Shown here: piece by piece, positions 37,228 through 48,015 of the stretch
Layout of the letters: the number at the start of each line of letters is the position of its first letter
Numbering within the stretch: position 1 is the first letter of the stretch
DNA from: a virus
Lineage: Duplodnaviria; Caudoviricetes
Reading direction: 5' to 3' (one strand)
DNA: 64,000 nt
IMG/VR virus record: IMGVR_UViG_3300027566_000007
Span: 9,341 to 73,340 of that record
Notes under the pieces: generated by a model
Seen by the model: only the letters and a program-made list of their open reading frames with translations
Told to the model about the DNA's origin: nothing
Database searches by the model: none
Program-made: the position numbers and the translations under genes

Positions 37228-37692
37228 TCATTCACAATCTGTTACCGGTGCAACCATATAAACACAATCAACATACTCTACAATCAACGGAATATCCTTC
37301 CCCCCTCGATACGACAACGGTTCCCCTAAATCATCAAGAGTTTTCAAAGCATACCAATAAGGATAGGTGAGTCTCATCTCATCGGAATCCATATTTTCAA
37401 TCGGTTTGAATGGAACTCCTTCAAGTGTGAACCTCTTAATAAGATCTTCAATACTATTCACTTTAGCAATCGTGAACATCTCGTTTCGGCGAGCCGCTAT
37501 TCCATGTTTAGTGCAGTCTATGAATGGTATTACAAAGCTTCTACAATCGTCCTCTTCCAGGTATTTTTTATATGTTTTCCAGGCAAGCTGACAGTTTCCG
37601 CAGGCGAAGTCTTTGTTACAGGTTCTGCCGTCATCTATAGCGGTGCAATGATCGCCAAATTCATATCTTCGGTTTGTTGGGGGCCATACCAT
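37228..37692 (-). CDS. Cys-rich hypothetical protein
   Basis: ORF track. Confidence 0.55.
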   Translation of the reverse strand: MVWPPTNRRYEFGDHCTAIDDGRTCNKDFACGNCQLAWKTYKKYLEEDDCRSFVIPFIDCTKHGIAARRNEMFTIAKVNSIEDLIKRFTLEGVPFKPIENMDSDEMRLTYPYWYALKTLDDLGEPLSYRGGKDIPLIVEYVDCVYMVAPVTDCE

Positions 37693-38004
37693 TTATTTCA
37701 ACTCCGTCTTAACAAACCAATCCTCATTTATCCACCTGCTTTGATTTCCATCAATTACAATGAGTGTATTCCCCTCACAATGGCCTATGTCAGTAACATT
37801 CCCACAAACCGGAATATACCATTCATTCCACTCTGGAGAGGTTTTAACATAGTCTCCTACTTCGAATCTATCATTATCTGTTGAAGTGTAATGAAGATAG
37901 GTTTGCATACCGACAGACCCGATGATGATTCCTAACACTAATATTATTAAATATGTTGATTTCATTTTATTCAGTCCCCTTAACATTTCCAAACAACATA
38001 ACAC
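37693..38004 (-). CDS. Membrane-anchored small beta-barrel protein
   Basis: Hydrophobic N-terminus; RFEVGDYVKT SH3/KOW-like motif. Confidence 0.55.
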   Translation of the reverse strand: MLCCLEMLRGLNKMKSTYLIILVLGIIIGSVGMQTYLHYTSTDNDRFEVGDYVKTSPEWNEWYIPVCGNVTDIGHCEGNTLIVIDGNQSRWINEDWFVKTELK

Positions 38005-38360
38005 TCTTTACTTCCAAGATAATCTCTTATTACGTCGAATCTCCGATGTTTATATATTATATAAGGTTCATCCGACTCCTTTTTAAATCTCAATCTTCGG
38101 ATAATTGATAAGCAATATTCTCCATCTTCTGCAAAGATGTTTATTTTTACAGTGTCCCCTAACATTCATTTTAACTCCTTTAGTTTTCCCTTCTCTTATA
38201 TGACCTACACGTCACACCTGAACATCTCTTCTTATCCTTTGCACATTTATTCGGTGTAACTGCATGTTTACAATACTCGTCAGTTTTCACCATATTTCAA
38301 TCTCCATTTTCTTGTTCCAGTTTTTCCACCTGATGTCCAGCGCCATTCAACTTCTTCTAT

Positions 38361-39176
38361 TTATTCAATTTCTTTTGATTCATTTAACATCTTTGAAATC
38401 TTAAAAAATACTTTACTATAGGCATCCTTGTTACCTTCATAATACAATTTAGCACTATTGTTTTGCCGTTCTCTCCATTTAATTTCTTCATTTTCAGCGA
38501 GGTTTTCTTGTTCAACCAACCACACTTCGAGTTCTTCTAACTTTTTTAAAAGTAAATCATATTCTGACATTTGTTCCGACCTCCCATATTCAACGATCAA
38601 ACACCGAGATCCTTTTTTTATCTCTTCCAATTACAAATACATCTCCAACTCCTATTGAACACACTTGATGAGGGTGCTCATTGCTTAAATACCACAAATT
38701 TGTAATTGCAAGATTGTCATTTTCAATAGGTCCGTTAATCACAAACCATTCCCGGTTAAACAGAATGGAATGCGCGGCTTCCAATCCTTTATTAGCCATT
38801 TTAAGAAGATTATTTTCAGCTTCTTTTTCTTCAATTAATAACTGGGCCCATTTGGGAAGTTTTGTTAAATCATGTTCCATATTATTCAAGCTCCTTTCCA
38901 GTTAACTAATTATAAAAACGCATCCAAACTCTGTTTATGCCTCAACGGTTTAGGCCGTTCCTTCTTGTCCTCTGTTATCTGCTTTTCAAACATATCTGAA
39001 ATCCCTTTTATCATTTCAGAAGATTCAGCCCCTACTTCATAATACTGCATTCCAGAAATTGAGTTTTTATTAACCATGTACAGGTTACTAATTATGCTTT
39101 TTATTTTCTCATCCGAGACATCGCTCCATGTAATGATTACTACACCTTTGCTTCCATCGTTTGACATGTTATTCAA
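38361..39176 (-). CDS. Three small hypothetical ORFs (38361-38630, 38590-38889, 38910-39176)
   Basis: ORF track; the repeated leader GGAGCTTGAATAACATG/GGAAAGGAGCTTGAATAATATG precedes two of them. Confidence 0.5.
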
Positions 39177-39181
39177 GCTCC

Positions 39182-39364
39182 TCAGTACTCATTCTTACCC
39201 TGAAGTTCCCTTGTGAGATCGCTCGTTGCAGCGTTTAAAGTATCAACCTCGTCCATTAATTCATTTAACAGTTTATCCCAGGTTGTGCCTTTCTGCCCAT
39301 ATGTTCTTAGTCGTTCCCTAGTCGATTTCTTAATTGATATCGTGGTCAAATCTTCATCTGACAT
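39182..39364 (-). CDS. Ribbon-helix-helix regulator
   Basis: TTISIKKSTRERLRTYGQKGTTWDKLLNELMD. Confidence 0.75.
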   Translation of the reverse strand: MSDEDLTTISIKKSTRERLRTYGQKGTTWDKLLNELMDEVDTLNAATSDLTRELQGKNEY

Positions 39365-40079
39365 AGTATGTTATATGTAATTATATGTATTTATACGTTT
39401 CGTATAACAACGTATAACTTAAAACCTATTCCTATAGTATATAATCTTCCACCGGAAACACACCATTTCAAAAATAACTCTTAGTAATAAGGCTTTAAAA
39501 TACTAGTAGCAAATTGATTATTTTTTCACATAAAACGTAAGTAAAAACTTATTATAAGTATGTTATCTAAAATGGACTGAAAAATTCGTGTTACTAAGGA
39601 AAAAATCAATCAGTTTTTAGCTATATGTTTCTAAAATTTTAATTCTAATAGACTATAGGAATAGTCATGTTTCCTTCGATAACCCTATCCTAAAATACAA
39701 AAAAATAGTAAGAAACACATAGGTACTTATCAATAAGTTCTACTGATCACGTTTTAAAAAGAAATTAAAGAAAATGAGTTTATTTTTATAAAAACACGAT
39801 CAGACATTTTTAATAATCCAACACATCTTCGATGAGTTCATCCAAATCATAATAGTAAAATCCCCACATTTCAGCATAGATCCTTGATAAGTCTTCAAAA
39901 CCACAGGCCAAACTTACTTCACAAAGTTTTTCAATATTTTGGCAGAGGTCAAACCATTCAAAATTTTCACTAAATTTTTTATATGTCATAGTATTATCTT
40001 TCCCTTAAAAATCTCATTTTCTCAACAATACAAGCAACCCACTACGAATAGATAGGCCGTTCGCGTTCTTCTCTAAGAC

Positions 40080-40487
40080 TCAACCTAACCACCACACGAA
40101 CTGCATAATATTCCTATTCTCCGCTTCCTTAAGCCGTCTTTCCAGATCTTCTTCTATCTTTTTTCTCATTGATTCTCTCCCCCATTCATCAGCAAGTTTT
40201 AAAAAATAACTTCCGTTTATGATATCAGGTTCAAGTTTGTCCCATGTTTTAAATAAGGATTTTAATTCTTCCATATCAAAAGGTTTACTTTCGTCTGAAG
40301 TGTATGTCTGAGCATCAGGAAGTTTAATAACTTGATATCCTAAAAAAGCATACCCACTCGGAACCCATTCTTCTACATGGATAGCAGACACGGTATAATC
40401 TATAACAGGCTCAGGAAAGAGCTTCTTATATTCTTCCTTCTTGTCAGGAAGCAGACAAGCATATAAATCAGGATTCATTATTATCAT
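40080..40487 (-). CDS. Hypothetical protein
   Basis: ORF track. Confidence 0.55.
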   Translation of the reverse strand: MIIMNPDLYACLLPDKKEEYKKLFPEPVIDYTVSAIHVEEWVPSGYAFLGYQVIKLPDAQTYTSDESKPFDMEELKSLFKTWDKLEPDIINGSYFLKLADEWGRESMRKKIEEDLERRLKEAENRNIMQFVWWLG

Positions 40488-41040
40488 CCTTCTTATGTTT
40501 CTTATCGTATAACTCTTCCAGCTTACTTCTCAATTTACGATGTCCTTTAATTCGATCATCCAGCACATTTCCCCATATTGAAACGTGGGGAGGATCTAAT
40601 TTCCAGGAGAGCGGTTTTTCTTCAGTCATAGTCTCAATCCTGCTCTTAGTTCCCTCATTTTTTCCTTAAATAAATACACCTGCGCATTTTTATTCTCTCT
40701 CGTTCTCCAACACCAAACCCGTATTTTACAATACAATATTTTCAATGTCCATTTTAAACCATCTTTTTTATAAACATTTTTATAAAATGTATAAATAGAT
40801 ACATTTTCACCTTTGAATATCACGTTTAAATCACCTCACCTATTATTCACAGGCAGCACTATAGGTGTAATAGGCGCATCTATAAACAATCCCAACCAAG
40901 GTATAGGATACCATATCTCTCTCACTTCATGATAAGTATGTTCTCTACATAATGAGCTCAGGAATGGAGCCCTCATACATGTTGCACATTTCAATATTTC
41001 GGCGCGATAACCTGCTTGACACCCGGTTACATTAGTCATA

Positions 41041-41454
41041 TTAAAACGCCTTCTCAATTCTTTTCCAAATCCATTTCGGCAACACTCTCTTAACTCCTGT
41101 ACTAAGCCAATCAGTAATAATATGTAGATACTGGGGAACTATCAACCCGATAAACCACCATCCTGTGAAATATACTCCTAATACCCAGACGACGGCCCAG
41201 AATATAGGATTATGCAGCATCCCTCTATGATGAAACAGCATATCAATTATCCAACCGATGAAACCTAATCGTTTTCTTGATTTCGAATTTGTATCAAGGT
41301 CTGGAGTAATATATCGAGTTCCGATTACCCATAAGATTGAGAAATATACTAAATGTTGAATTTTCAAATGGATTACTATGGAGGATGTTAATAGAAGGGA
41401 TATGGCAACTATTAAGGAGATATAATTTAAGACTTCGTGATGTTTTCCGTTCAT
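41041..41454 (-). CDS. Membrane-bound putative metal-dependent hydrolase (DUF2227/YdjM-like)
   Basis: H...PDLD...HRG.LH...H...D motif with TM helices. Confidence 0.75.
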   Translation of the reverse strand: MNGKHHEVLNYISLIVAISLLLTSSIVIHLKIQHLVYFSILWVIGTRYITPDLDTNSKSRKRLGFIGWIIDMLFHHRGMLHNPIFWAVVWVLGVYFTGWWFIGLIVPQYLHIITDWLSTGVKRVLPKWIWKRIEKAF

Positions 41455-41942
41455 GCCATTTTCTCCCAGGAATCACCATTCCACTCTAACATAAGAATAA
41501 TCCCTACCATAAACCTCAACATTAATATATCAAAGTCTTCTGGGTTTCCAAAATATTCATAAGCTTCATTTCGTTCAATTTTATCATATTCAAAATCATG
41601 TTTTCTCATTAAGTAGTCTGCCCAATGACCCATTATATGAAGTATAGCTCGTTTTCGTGTGCATCTATTATGAATCATGTGGAATTTTATAAGTAGATTT
41701 TGAAGTTGTTCCTGACTTGGAACCGGTCTATATTTCCCTTGACTTGGTGTTGCATCTTCAATCAATGTTGCAAAAACAATAACACCATTATTCACCATCG
41801 TTCCAAATGAGCCGATATGGTAGATTTCCCATTCATCCTCTTGTGCAGGACGATATAAAAATGTGTCACCGTCTTTCCATTTCCATCCTTTGAAGAATTC
41901 TTCAGGCAGGGCTAAAATCATTTTTATATACTGATCTGACAT
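41451..41942 (-). CDS. Hypothetical protein
   Basis: ORF track; operon packing. Confidence 0.55.
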   Translation of the reverse strand: MSDQYIKMILALPEEFFKGWKWKDGDTFLYRPAQEDEWEIYHIGSFGTMVNNGVIVFATLIEDATPSQGKYRPVPSQEQLQNLLIKFHMIHNRCTRKRAILHIMGHWADYLMRKHDFEYDKIERNEAYEYFGNPEDFDILMLRFMVGIILMLEWNGDSWEKMA

Positions 41943-42477
41943 TTTAAATCACTCTCACTATTGTGAACTTCTCACAGAAATCCCCAGAATCAAACAGGGT
42001 GCACTCAACTACAAATTCCCCTTTATTCAAGCTGTTTAAATAATGTGTATATGTATCACTTTCACCATTTGAATTCTTTCCAGTGTATCCGATTTTGTTA
42101 AATTCTTCAATCTCACGAGAGTCTAAAAATGGCAATTTGCTAAAATATAATTGTCCTTGGCATGTTTCGATGTGATATACTTCAATTTGGCTCATTTTTT
42201 CCTCCTAATAATCTCTATAACTTCATTTTCAGGATCAAAATCTCGAATAAAACCAACCCCAACGGCTAACCGTCCTTTTTCTTTCTCATCGACTTTTAAC
42301 TCTCTATCTATCGTATGTCGTCGGATGAGTTCTTTCTCTGTAATTTTAAATTCAGGCATGTAACTTTAATTATGCTTTTATACTTTAAATAAGTTTTCCC
42401 ACTTTGTTTATATTGAAGTGGGTAAACTTAATATAGTTTACTGCCATATAGATATCTAAAAGTAAGAAGGTAATATC

Positions 42478-42948
42478 ATGAAACTCGATTTTGGAAACAT
42501 GGATATAAAAGAAGTAGCAGAAACACTAATGACGTTATACAACTTAGATGACTTTCTCGAAGTTGAACATAAGACAAAAATAATAGTTCCAGATGAAAAC
42601 ACAGCTGGACTACTCAGAGCACGGCTGATATTTGAAGGACTTCCAGGTGAGCTAATGCCTAAAATTGAAGTGGCAGGTACTCATATACTTGAAACAGTTA
42701 AGTAAGGAGTTTGAATCATGGATCAAATAATAAAAGAAGGAATGTATAAACTACTTAATACGCAGTTGTCACAGGTAAAAGGACATATTGAATCATTGGA
42801 AGATATTATTAATGATAACCTTTCTCAAAAAATAGGAGATGAAGAAGCCATCATAGAGCTTGATGCATTTGTTAAATTGTTTGATAAAAAAGCATCGTAT
42901 GTTAAACAAACGATAGGTACTATTATTCAAATAGGGTATAATTCATAA
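42478..42948 (+). CDS. Two small hypothetical ORFs (42478-42705, 42718-42948)
   Basis: ORF track; RBS present; divergent promoter at about 42370-42450. Confidence 0.5.
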
Positions 42949-43011
42949 ATATATATTAATAATCTGGGTGGTTTGGTTCCACCTAATCTTTTTTTAAAAA
43001 AAAGTAAGGGG

Positions 43012-43755
43012 TTAGTTACCCCAGAAGTTAAACGTAACATTATTCAAATTTGCGTTCTTGAAATCAAACCAATACTGCTTAACAGTATCAATAATTCCTT
43101 GATTATTAATAGTGCCATTCGAATCTGTCACATTTGTACTAATAGTGGTATTTTCAAGTTTGTTAGTCTCAACTGAACTATTATCTGATCCAACCATCAC
43201 GATTTTTTCGTTATCATGAGATTCTTCAGGCACAACGACCACTACAGGCTGTGTACTCTCATTGACCTCTACGCTCTCAACTGGTATACCTGTTTCATTC
43301 TCGGCTGGCGCATTCCCAAAGTAACTTTGTACAATGCCAAATGAGCATACTCCAGATATCGCACATTTCCCCTGAGCTGGCTCATACCAATCTGTATAAT
43401 ACATTCTCTTGTCGTTGCCTGTAAAGCTTGTTACTTCTTTCTTCTGCGGTCCAAACCATCCATAATAAGCTTCATATCCTTTCTTATTAGGAGCTGCTGG
43501 ATAGAATACATTCAGGTACACCGGAGCATGTTTCGTGAAATTAAGTTGTCTTATATCGCAGTTCCAGTTGTAGTTTTCAGAGACATATTGACCGATTTCA
43601 CAGGCAAGCTGGAGAGAATTGTTTTGGCCGCCGAGATCGTAGTTATTCATTACGTCGCTTACTTCGTTCGTTTCAGGAGTTACACTCGCAGAGGTTGCGA
43701 TACTTGAAGTAAACAAAATAAAAATAAAAAAAGATGAAATAACTTTTATATTCAT
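43012..43755 (-). CDS. Secreted/surface protein
   Basis: Signal peptide MNIKVISSFFIFILFTSSIATSA; S/T/N-rich tail. Confidence 0.7.
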   Translation of the reverse strand: MNIKVISSFFIFILFTSSIATSASVTPETNEVSDVMNNYDLGGQNNSLQLACEIGQYVSENYNWNCDIRQLNFTKHAPVYLNVFYPAAPNKKGYEAYYGWFGPQKKEVTSFTGNDKRMYYTDWYEPAQGKCAISGVCSFGIVQSYFGNAPAENETGIPVESVEVNESTQPVVVVVPEESHDNEKIVMVGSDNSSVETNKLENTTISTNVTDSNGTINNQGIIDTVKQYWFDFKNANLNNVTFNFWGN

Positions 43756-43914
43756 ATTATTCCTCCTATTTACATATTCATTACTGAAAAAATAATGTAA
43801 GTGAATATAAAAGTTATCGAGGCCGTCCAGAAAACAAGTTTTCCCGCTTCCTTTGCGAATAATACCTTTACTTCGGCAGGTGTAAACATAACATCTCCAT
43901 TATCTGAGATCATT

Positions 43915-44499
43915 TTATACCTCCATATTATCCAGGAAACACTTATCAAGCTCGTTTTGAACTTCTTTAAGAGTTACACTGTCTTTAGTTTTTAGATACT
44001 CCATGAAAGCTTCCTTTCGTTCTTCTACTGAAAGATTAGATTCCGATTTGATTGATACTTCTTTACTTTCTGAAACTTCTTCCTTACAGTTTCCATCTCT
44101 ACACGTTTCCTTATCTGATTCCTCATCTTTTGAGTCTCCAATAGTACCTTTATAACTGTCCTTTGTTGAATACCCCTTGAGGGTCGAGGGTATAACAATT
44201 CCCCCATCTTTCACGTAGATACTTCCATATCCTTTAGGGTTAGTATCAGTATAATAAAGTGCAATTGCGGCCTTACTTCCAGAGCAACTTGAACATTCAA
44301 GAAGATCGGCGTTCCAGCTTTTGTGGTCTGATTTTACCTTTTCAAATATATCAGACGCTGAAGAGCCTTTCATTTCGGTTACAAAGGTGTTTACTTCTTC
44401 TTTAGAAGGTAGTTTATCGTTACTTGTCGCTGTTGCCGTAATAGCAAACAGAGCACATAGGATGCATATAAAAACAAGTGCTTTGGTTATTGATTTCAT
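43915..44499 (-). CDS. Secreted/surface protein
   Basis: Signal peptide MKSITKALVFICILCALFAITATA. Confidence 0.7.
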   Translation of the reverse strand: MKSITKALVFICILCALFAITATATSNDKLPSKEEVNTFVTEMKGSSASDIFEKVKSDHKSWNADLLECSSCSGSKAAIALYYTDTNPKGYGSIYVKDGGIVIPSTLKGYSTKDSYKGTIGDSKDEESDKETCRDGNCKEEVSESKEVSIKSESNLSVEERKEAFMEYLKTKDSVTLKEVQNELDKCFLDNMEV

Positions 44500-44587
44500 T
44501 TAAATTCCTCAGTTTGAATATATTGAAAAATTTCAATTTTCAGGGAATCGTTGTTCATGATTTTCAAGTCTGGTTGTTTCATTTATC

Positions 44588-45136
44588 TCAATCATTTTTT
44601 CGTTCTCTAATTATCAACTCCCTCTTTTCTTTATCATAATAAGCTTCAAGTAAAGTAGAATTATCAAAAGGCAGGATTGAAGAAAAGTCATTATTCATAG
44701 TTATTCTACTTATATAATTTCCATGTACAGTATGTACTCTATTATAATTAACTAAAGCTGTAACTCCGTTATTCGTTTCCATCTGTTCAAAATCATTTTT
44801 TAAAATTTTTGGAAAATTAAAATCACTAGTCTTATATTCATTTGGATAAGATGTATTATCTTCATCAATGTCTGGATTTATAGCCCCATTATCACCTATT
44901 ATTACCGATTGCTGTGCTAACCACAATAAAGCAGCTTTGTTTATATCTTTCATTTTCTCAAATTTGTAGCTACTATGCCAAAATTTATTATGTATCTCTT
45001 TTGGAATATATAAACAAATACGTTTGTCTGTTGGTAAATTTAGATGATGGTAATGAGAATTTTCAAATTTTTGATTTAATACTATTTCCTCACATATCAA
45101 AAGATAATCTCCTAATACGTTATTAATTTTATACAA
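44588..45136 (-). CDS. HNH-like domain protein with AbrB-like C-terminus
   Basis: YHHL......ICLYIPKEIH...H motif shared with 52755..53591. Confidence 0.5.
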   Translation of the reverse strand: MYKINNVLGDYLLICEEIVLNQKFENSHYHHLNLPTDKRICLYIPKEIHNKFWHSSYKFEKMKDINKAALLWLAQQSVIIGDNGAINPDIDEDNTSYPNEYKTSDFNFPKILKNDFEQMETNNGVTALVNYNRVHTVHGNYISRITMNNDFSSILPFDNSTLLEAYYDKEKRELIIRERKND

Positions 45137-45306
45137 ATCTCTTTCTTCTCTTTGTCAAAACGCACATTCATTGGAACGTCGACTGGTAATCCAAATTTTT
45201 GAAAAATCTCAGGTGGAATGTATATATTTCCTGCACCGGGTTTATGTTTGATTGCTCTAATGGCAGTGGTAAACAGAATTTCTGTGTCATTTTCTAGATA
45301 ATTCAT
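45112..45306 (-). CDS. AbrB/SpoVT-like regulator
   Basis: GNIYIPPEIFQKFGL......RFDKEKKEICIK. Confidence 0.65.
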   Translation of the reverse strand: MNYLENDTEILFTTAIRAIKHKPGAGNIYIPPEIFQKFGLPVDVPMNVRFDKEKKEICIKLITY

Positions 45307-45722
45307 TGCTTCACCATGATTTTTCTATAGATTACTTAGTATGTTCTTATATATATTTGTTTGTCTCTAGTCAACTTCAGACAAACAAATATATACATAG
45401 ACGACTAATTTACAGTACCTATAAAAAATAAACTGTTAAACAGAGGTAAAATAATGAAAATATTTGAAAAGAATAACACAATGACAAGCAAGCCTTGCAA
45501 GCCATGTGGTGGAGACGTTGAAAATTACTTTGATGACAATTTCAAGGAAAAAGAGCAGGAAATCAAAAACGGTAGAAGATAAGGTGAGAAAATGAGCAAA
45601 CACGAAGATGCACAATATAAAAAATTAAGTCAAAAAATGTCTAACACAGTCAGTGACCGTGAATATGGCGGGCAGATGAATAAATTAGCAGACCGTGACC
45701 TGAAAAATATGAGGCAGAGAAA

Positions 45723-46196
45723 ATGAAAGTAGGAAAAATATTCACATTGTTTTTAGTTTCAATGCTTTTCCTTTCGATTAGCATTGGAACGGTAATGGCA
45801 AGCAGTGATGAAGAAGACAAAGAACTTGTCATAAAAGACGACAGTGGTAATGTTAAAGAAGATTCCACAGGAAACGCTGGAAAAATTCCCGAAATTGGTA
45901 ATCTAAGTACACCATCCACGGCTGAAGACATAACAGGCGACCTCGGGATTTTATCAGGACTTGGGGATTTTATTATAAAGTACGCAGTTCAAATAACAAT
46001 TTTTGTTATGGTGTTGGCAGCTGTGATTCTTAATCTTAGGGGCTCGTGGGCTCGTGGTAATAACAATCTGGATGACGCAGTTACTGCTCAAAAGAATCAA
46101 AAAGGTCTACTCGAAGACGGTATCTATGTAATGGCCGTGCTTTTGTTTATTTTCTGCGTTTTTGCGCCTTTCGTTAAAAGCTTCATTCAGCAATGA
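45723..46196 (+). CDS. VirB2/TrbC-like pilin candidate
   Basis: Signal peptide, acidic linker, then two hydrophobic helices separated by a short polar loop; first gene of the VirB4 cluster. Confidence 0.5.
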   Translation: MKVGKIFTLFLVSMLFLSISIGTVMASSDEEDKELVIKDDSGNVKEDSTGNAGKIPEIGNLSTPSTAEDITGDLGILSGLGDFIIKYAVQITIFVMVLAAVILNLRGSWARGNNNLDDAVTAQKNQKGLLEDGIYVMAVLLFIFCVFAPFVKSFIQQ

Positions 46197-46413
46197 GGAA
46201 TGTACAATGGATGAAAGAGCAAGAGAGGACATGATTATAGGGGTCGCTGCCTGCATTGAAGCCAATCATTGCGCTATCAAACGTGATGACATCTATAAAA
46301 AGTTCAAGAATACTAAGCGTGAGGAGTTGAAGTACATAATCGAGATCATGAAGGATCGCAGGATGCTTCAGTATGATGAAAATAGAGATTTGTACAGACT
46401 AATTATCAGATGA
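46162..46413 (+). CDS. Small winged-helix protein (start probably 46208)
   Basis: IKRDDIYKKF...LKYIIEIMKDRRML. Confidence 0.5.
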   Translation: MRLSLKASFSNEECTMDERAREDMIIGVAACIEANHCAIKRDDIYKKFKNTKREELKYIIEIMKDRRMLQYDENRDLYRLIIR

Positions 46414-46581
46414 ATTTGAATGACAAAAGAGGTTATAATATGGCTATAAAACTCGGAAAATGGGATATACAGACAATAGAACACGGTGGAGAAATCAAAA
46501 AATTCGAACGTGTGAGGCTTGGATCAGTCTGGACTCCTGTATGTAAATCTTCTAAAGAGAAAACAAAGCGTTCGTGATCAG

Positions 46582-48015
46582 ATGAATGTTTTTCGTCTCT
46601 CTGCAATTCTTATTTTTTTACTGGTTTTTGGCTCACAGGTAGCCTATGCAGGAGACGAACAGATCACGTTAAGTCCTGATGGATCTCATTCTAATCAAAA
46701 CCAAATAAACAAAGCTTTTGAGCAGGGTAATGTCTACCTCAAAGCCGGTGTTTATGAGGTCGATAATACTATTATAATAGGCTCAGATCGTGTTTTAACT
46801 GGAGATCCGGACGCTATTATTAGAGTTTATTCTGGATCATCACAATGGTTTACAGGCGCTACAGGTGTGATAAGTTGCTCTGGAATCGTTGATAACATCG
46901 AAATTTCAAATATCCAAATTGATGGAAATATAGGCAGTCTGCCGAAAAGTTATGCAAATTCAAGAGCGGATACAGACCACGATTGCGAAAAATTAATAAT
47001 ACTCCGTGGTTCATCAACCCAGTTTGCAAAAAACATCAAGATCCATAACCTTAAACTTTATAATTCTTTTTCAGATGGTATTTATATAATTTTTGGCGAG
47101 AACATCCAATGTTATGACAATTTCATTAGCAATTGCCAGCATGAAGGTATTTATTACTCTTGCCTTAAAAATAGTGAGTTTTTCAGAAATAAAATAGCTG
47201 GTATATGCAGTGATGCAGCCAGGCTTGACAACTGTGTAAACTGCAAAGTACATGATAATTACTTTTTTTCATACAATGGGGAAAGTTACGGCCAATATAA
47301 AGGCGGTCAAGCTGGTTTGCAAATTGCTAATGCAGGATCTAGTCACGGTTACGATGCTAGTAAAAAACCTCAAAAAACGGATAATGTTGAGGTATATAAT
47401 AACGTGTTTGCAGACCCAGGGAGACAGGCTATCTGGCTGCATAATTATGATGGCAATGTGTATGTTCACGACAATTCATTTATTGATGCTGCCAGCCTTG
47501 AAACGCAGGGAATACCCGTAGGTGATATCTCAGTCGATAATCCTCCATCAGTTGAAACATCAGAAAAAGTATTCACCAATATAATTGATTTTTTGAAACG
47601 TGATTACATTTTCCAATATCCAGCAGTTAAGCATGATTTTAAAGCCTCTGTGACTGTAACAAGTCTCAACAGCTCTATAAAACAGTCTTCAACAGTGAGA
47701 GTATCAGGAAAACATCTCAGCGTTATAAAATTTGAGTATAATGGAATTACAACAAAGCATTTCATTGAACGTAATATGTGGGTAGGGGAACTGTCTCACA
47801 TAGGAAATGATCTTTATATCCCGGGAAAAATACAGCCTGAAAAATTACATATCACCGTATACGGCAAAGCTGGTTTTCAGAAAGTTGAAAATGTTAAGAT
47901 CACTGAGGTTAGCTCTGCCGGAGTCAGTATTAACCCTAACTTTTTTATTTTCATTGCCGTTTTGGCAATCTGCGGTCTTTCAATAGCAAGAAATTTTAGG
48001 AGAATGATTCAATGA
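46582..48015 (+). CDS. Surface-anchored beta-helix protein (signal peptide plus C-terminal TM)
   Basis: MNVFRLSAILIFLLVFGSQVAYA; QINKAFEQG.VYLKAGVYEVDNTIIIGSD...GD; NSFSDGIY; C-terminal TM and basic tail (ORF track starts at 46519). Confidence 0.75.
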   Translation: MNVFRLSAILIFLLVFGSQVAYAGDEQITLSPDGSHSNQNQINKAFEQGNVYLKAGVYEVDNTIIIGSDRVLTGDPDAIIRVYSGSSQWFTGATGVISCSGIVDNIEISNIQIDGNIGSLPKSYANSRADTDHDCEKLIILRGSSTQFAKNIKIHNLKLYNSFSDGIYIIFGENIQCYDNFISNCQHEGIYYSCLKNSEFFRNKIAGICSDAARLDNCVNCKVHDNYFFSYNGESYGQYKGGQAGLQIANAGSSHGYDASKKPQKTDNVEVYNNVFADPGRQAIWLHNYDGNVYVHDNSFIDAASLETQGIPVGDISVDNPPSVETSEKVFTNIIDFLKRDYIFQYPAVKHDFKASVTVTSLNSSIKQSSTVRVSGKHLSVIKFEYNGITTKHFIERNMWVGELSHIGNDLYIPGKIQPEKLHITVYGKAGFQKVENVKITEVSSAGVSINPNFFIFIAVLAICGLSIARNFRRMIQ

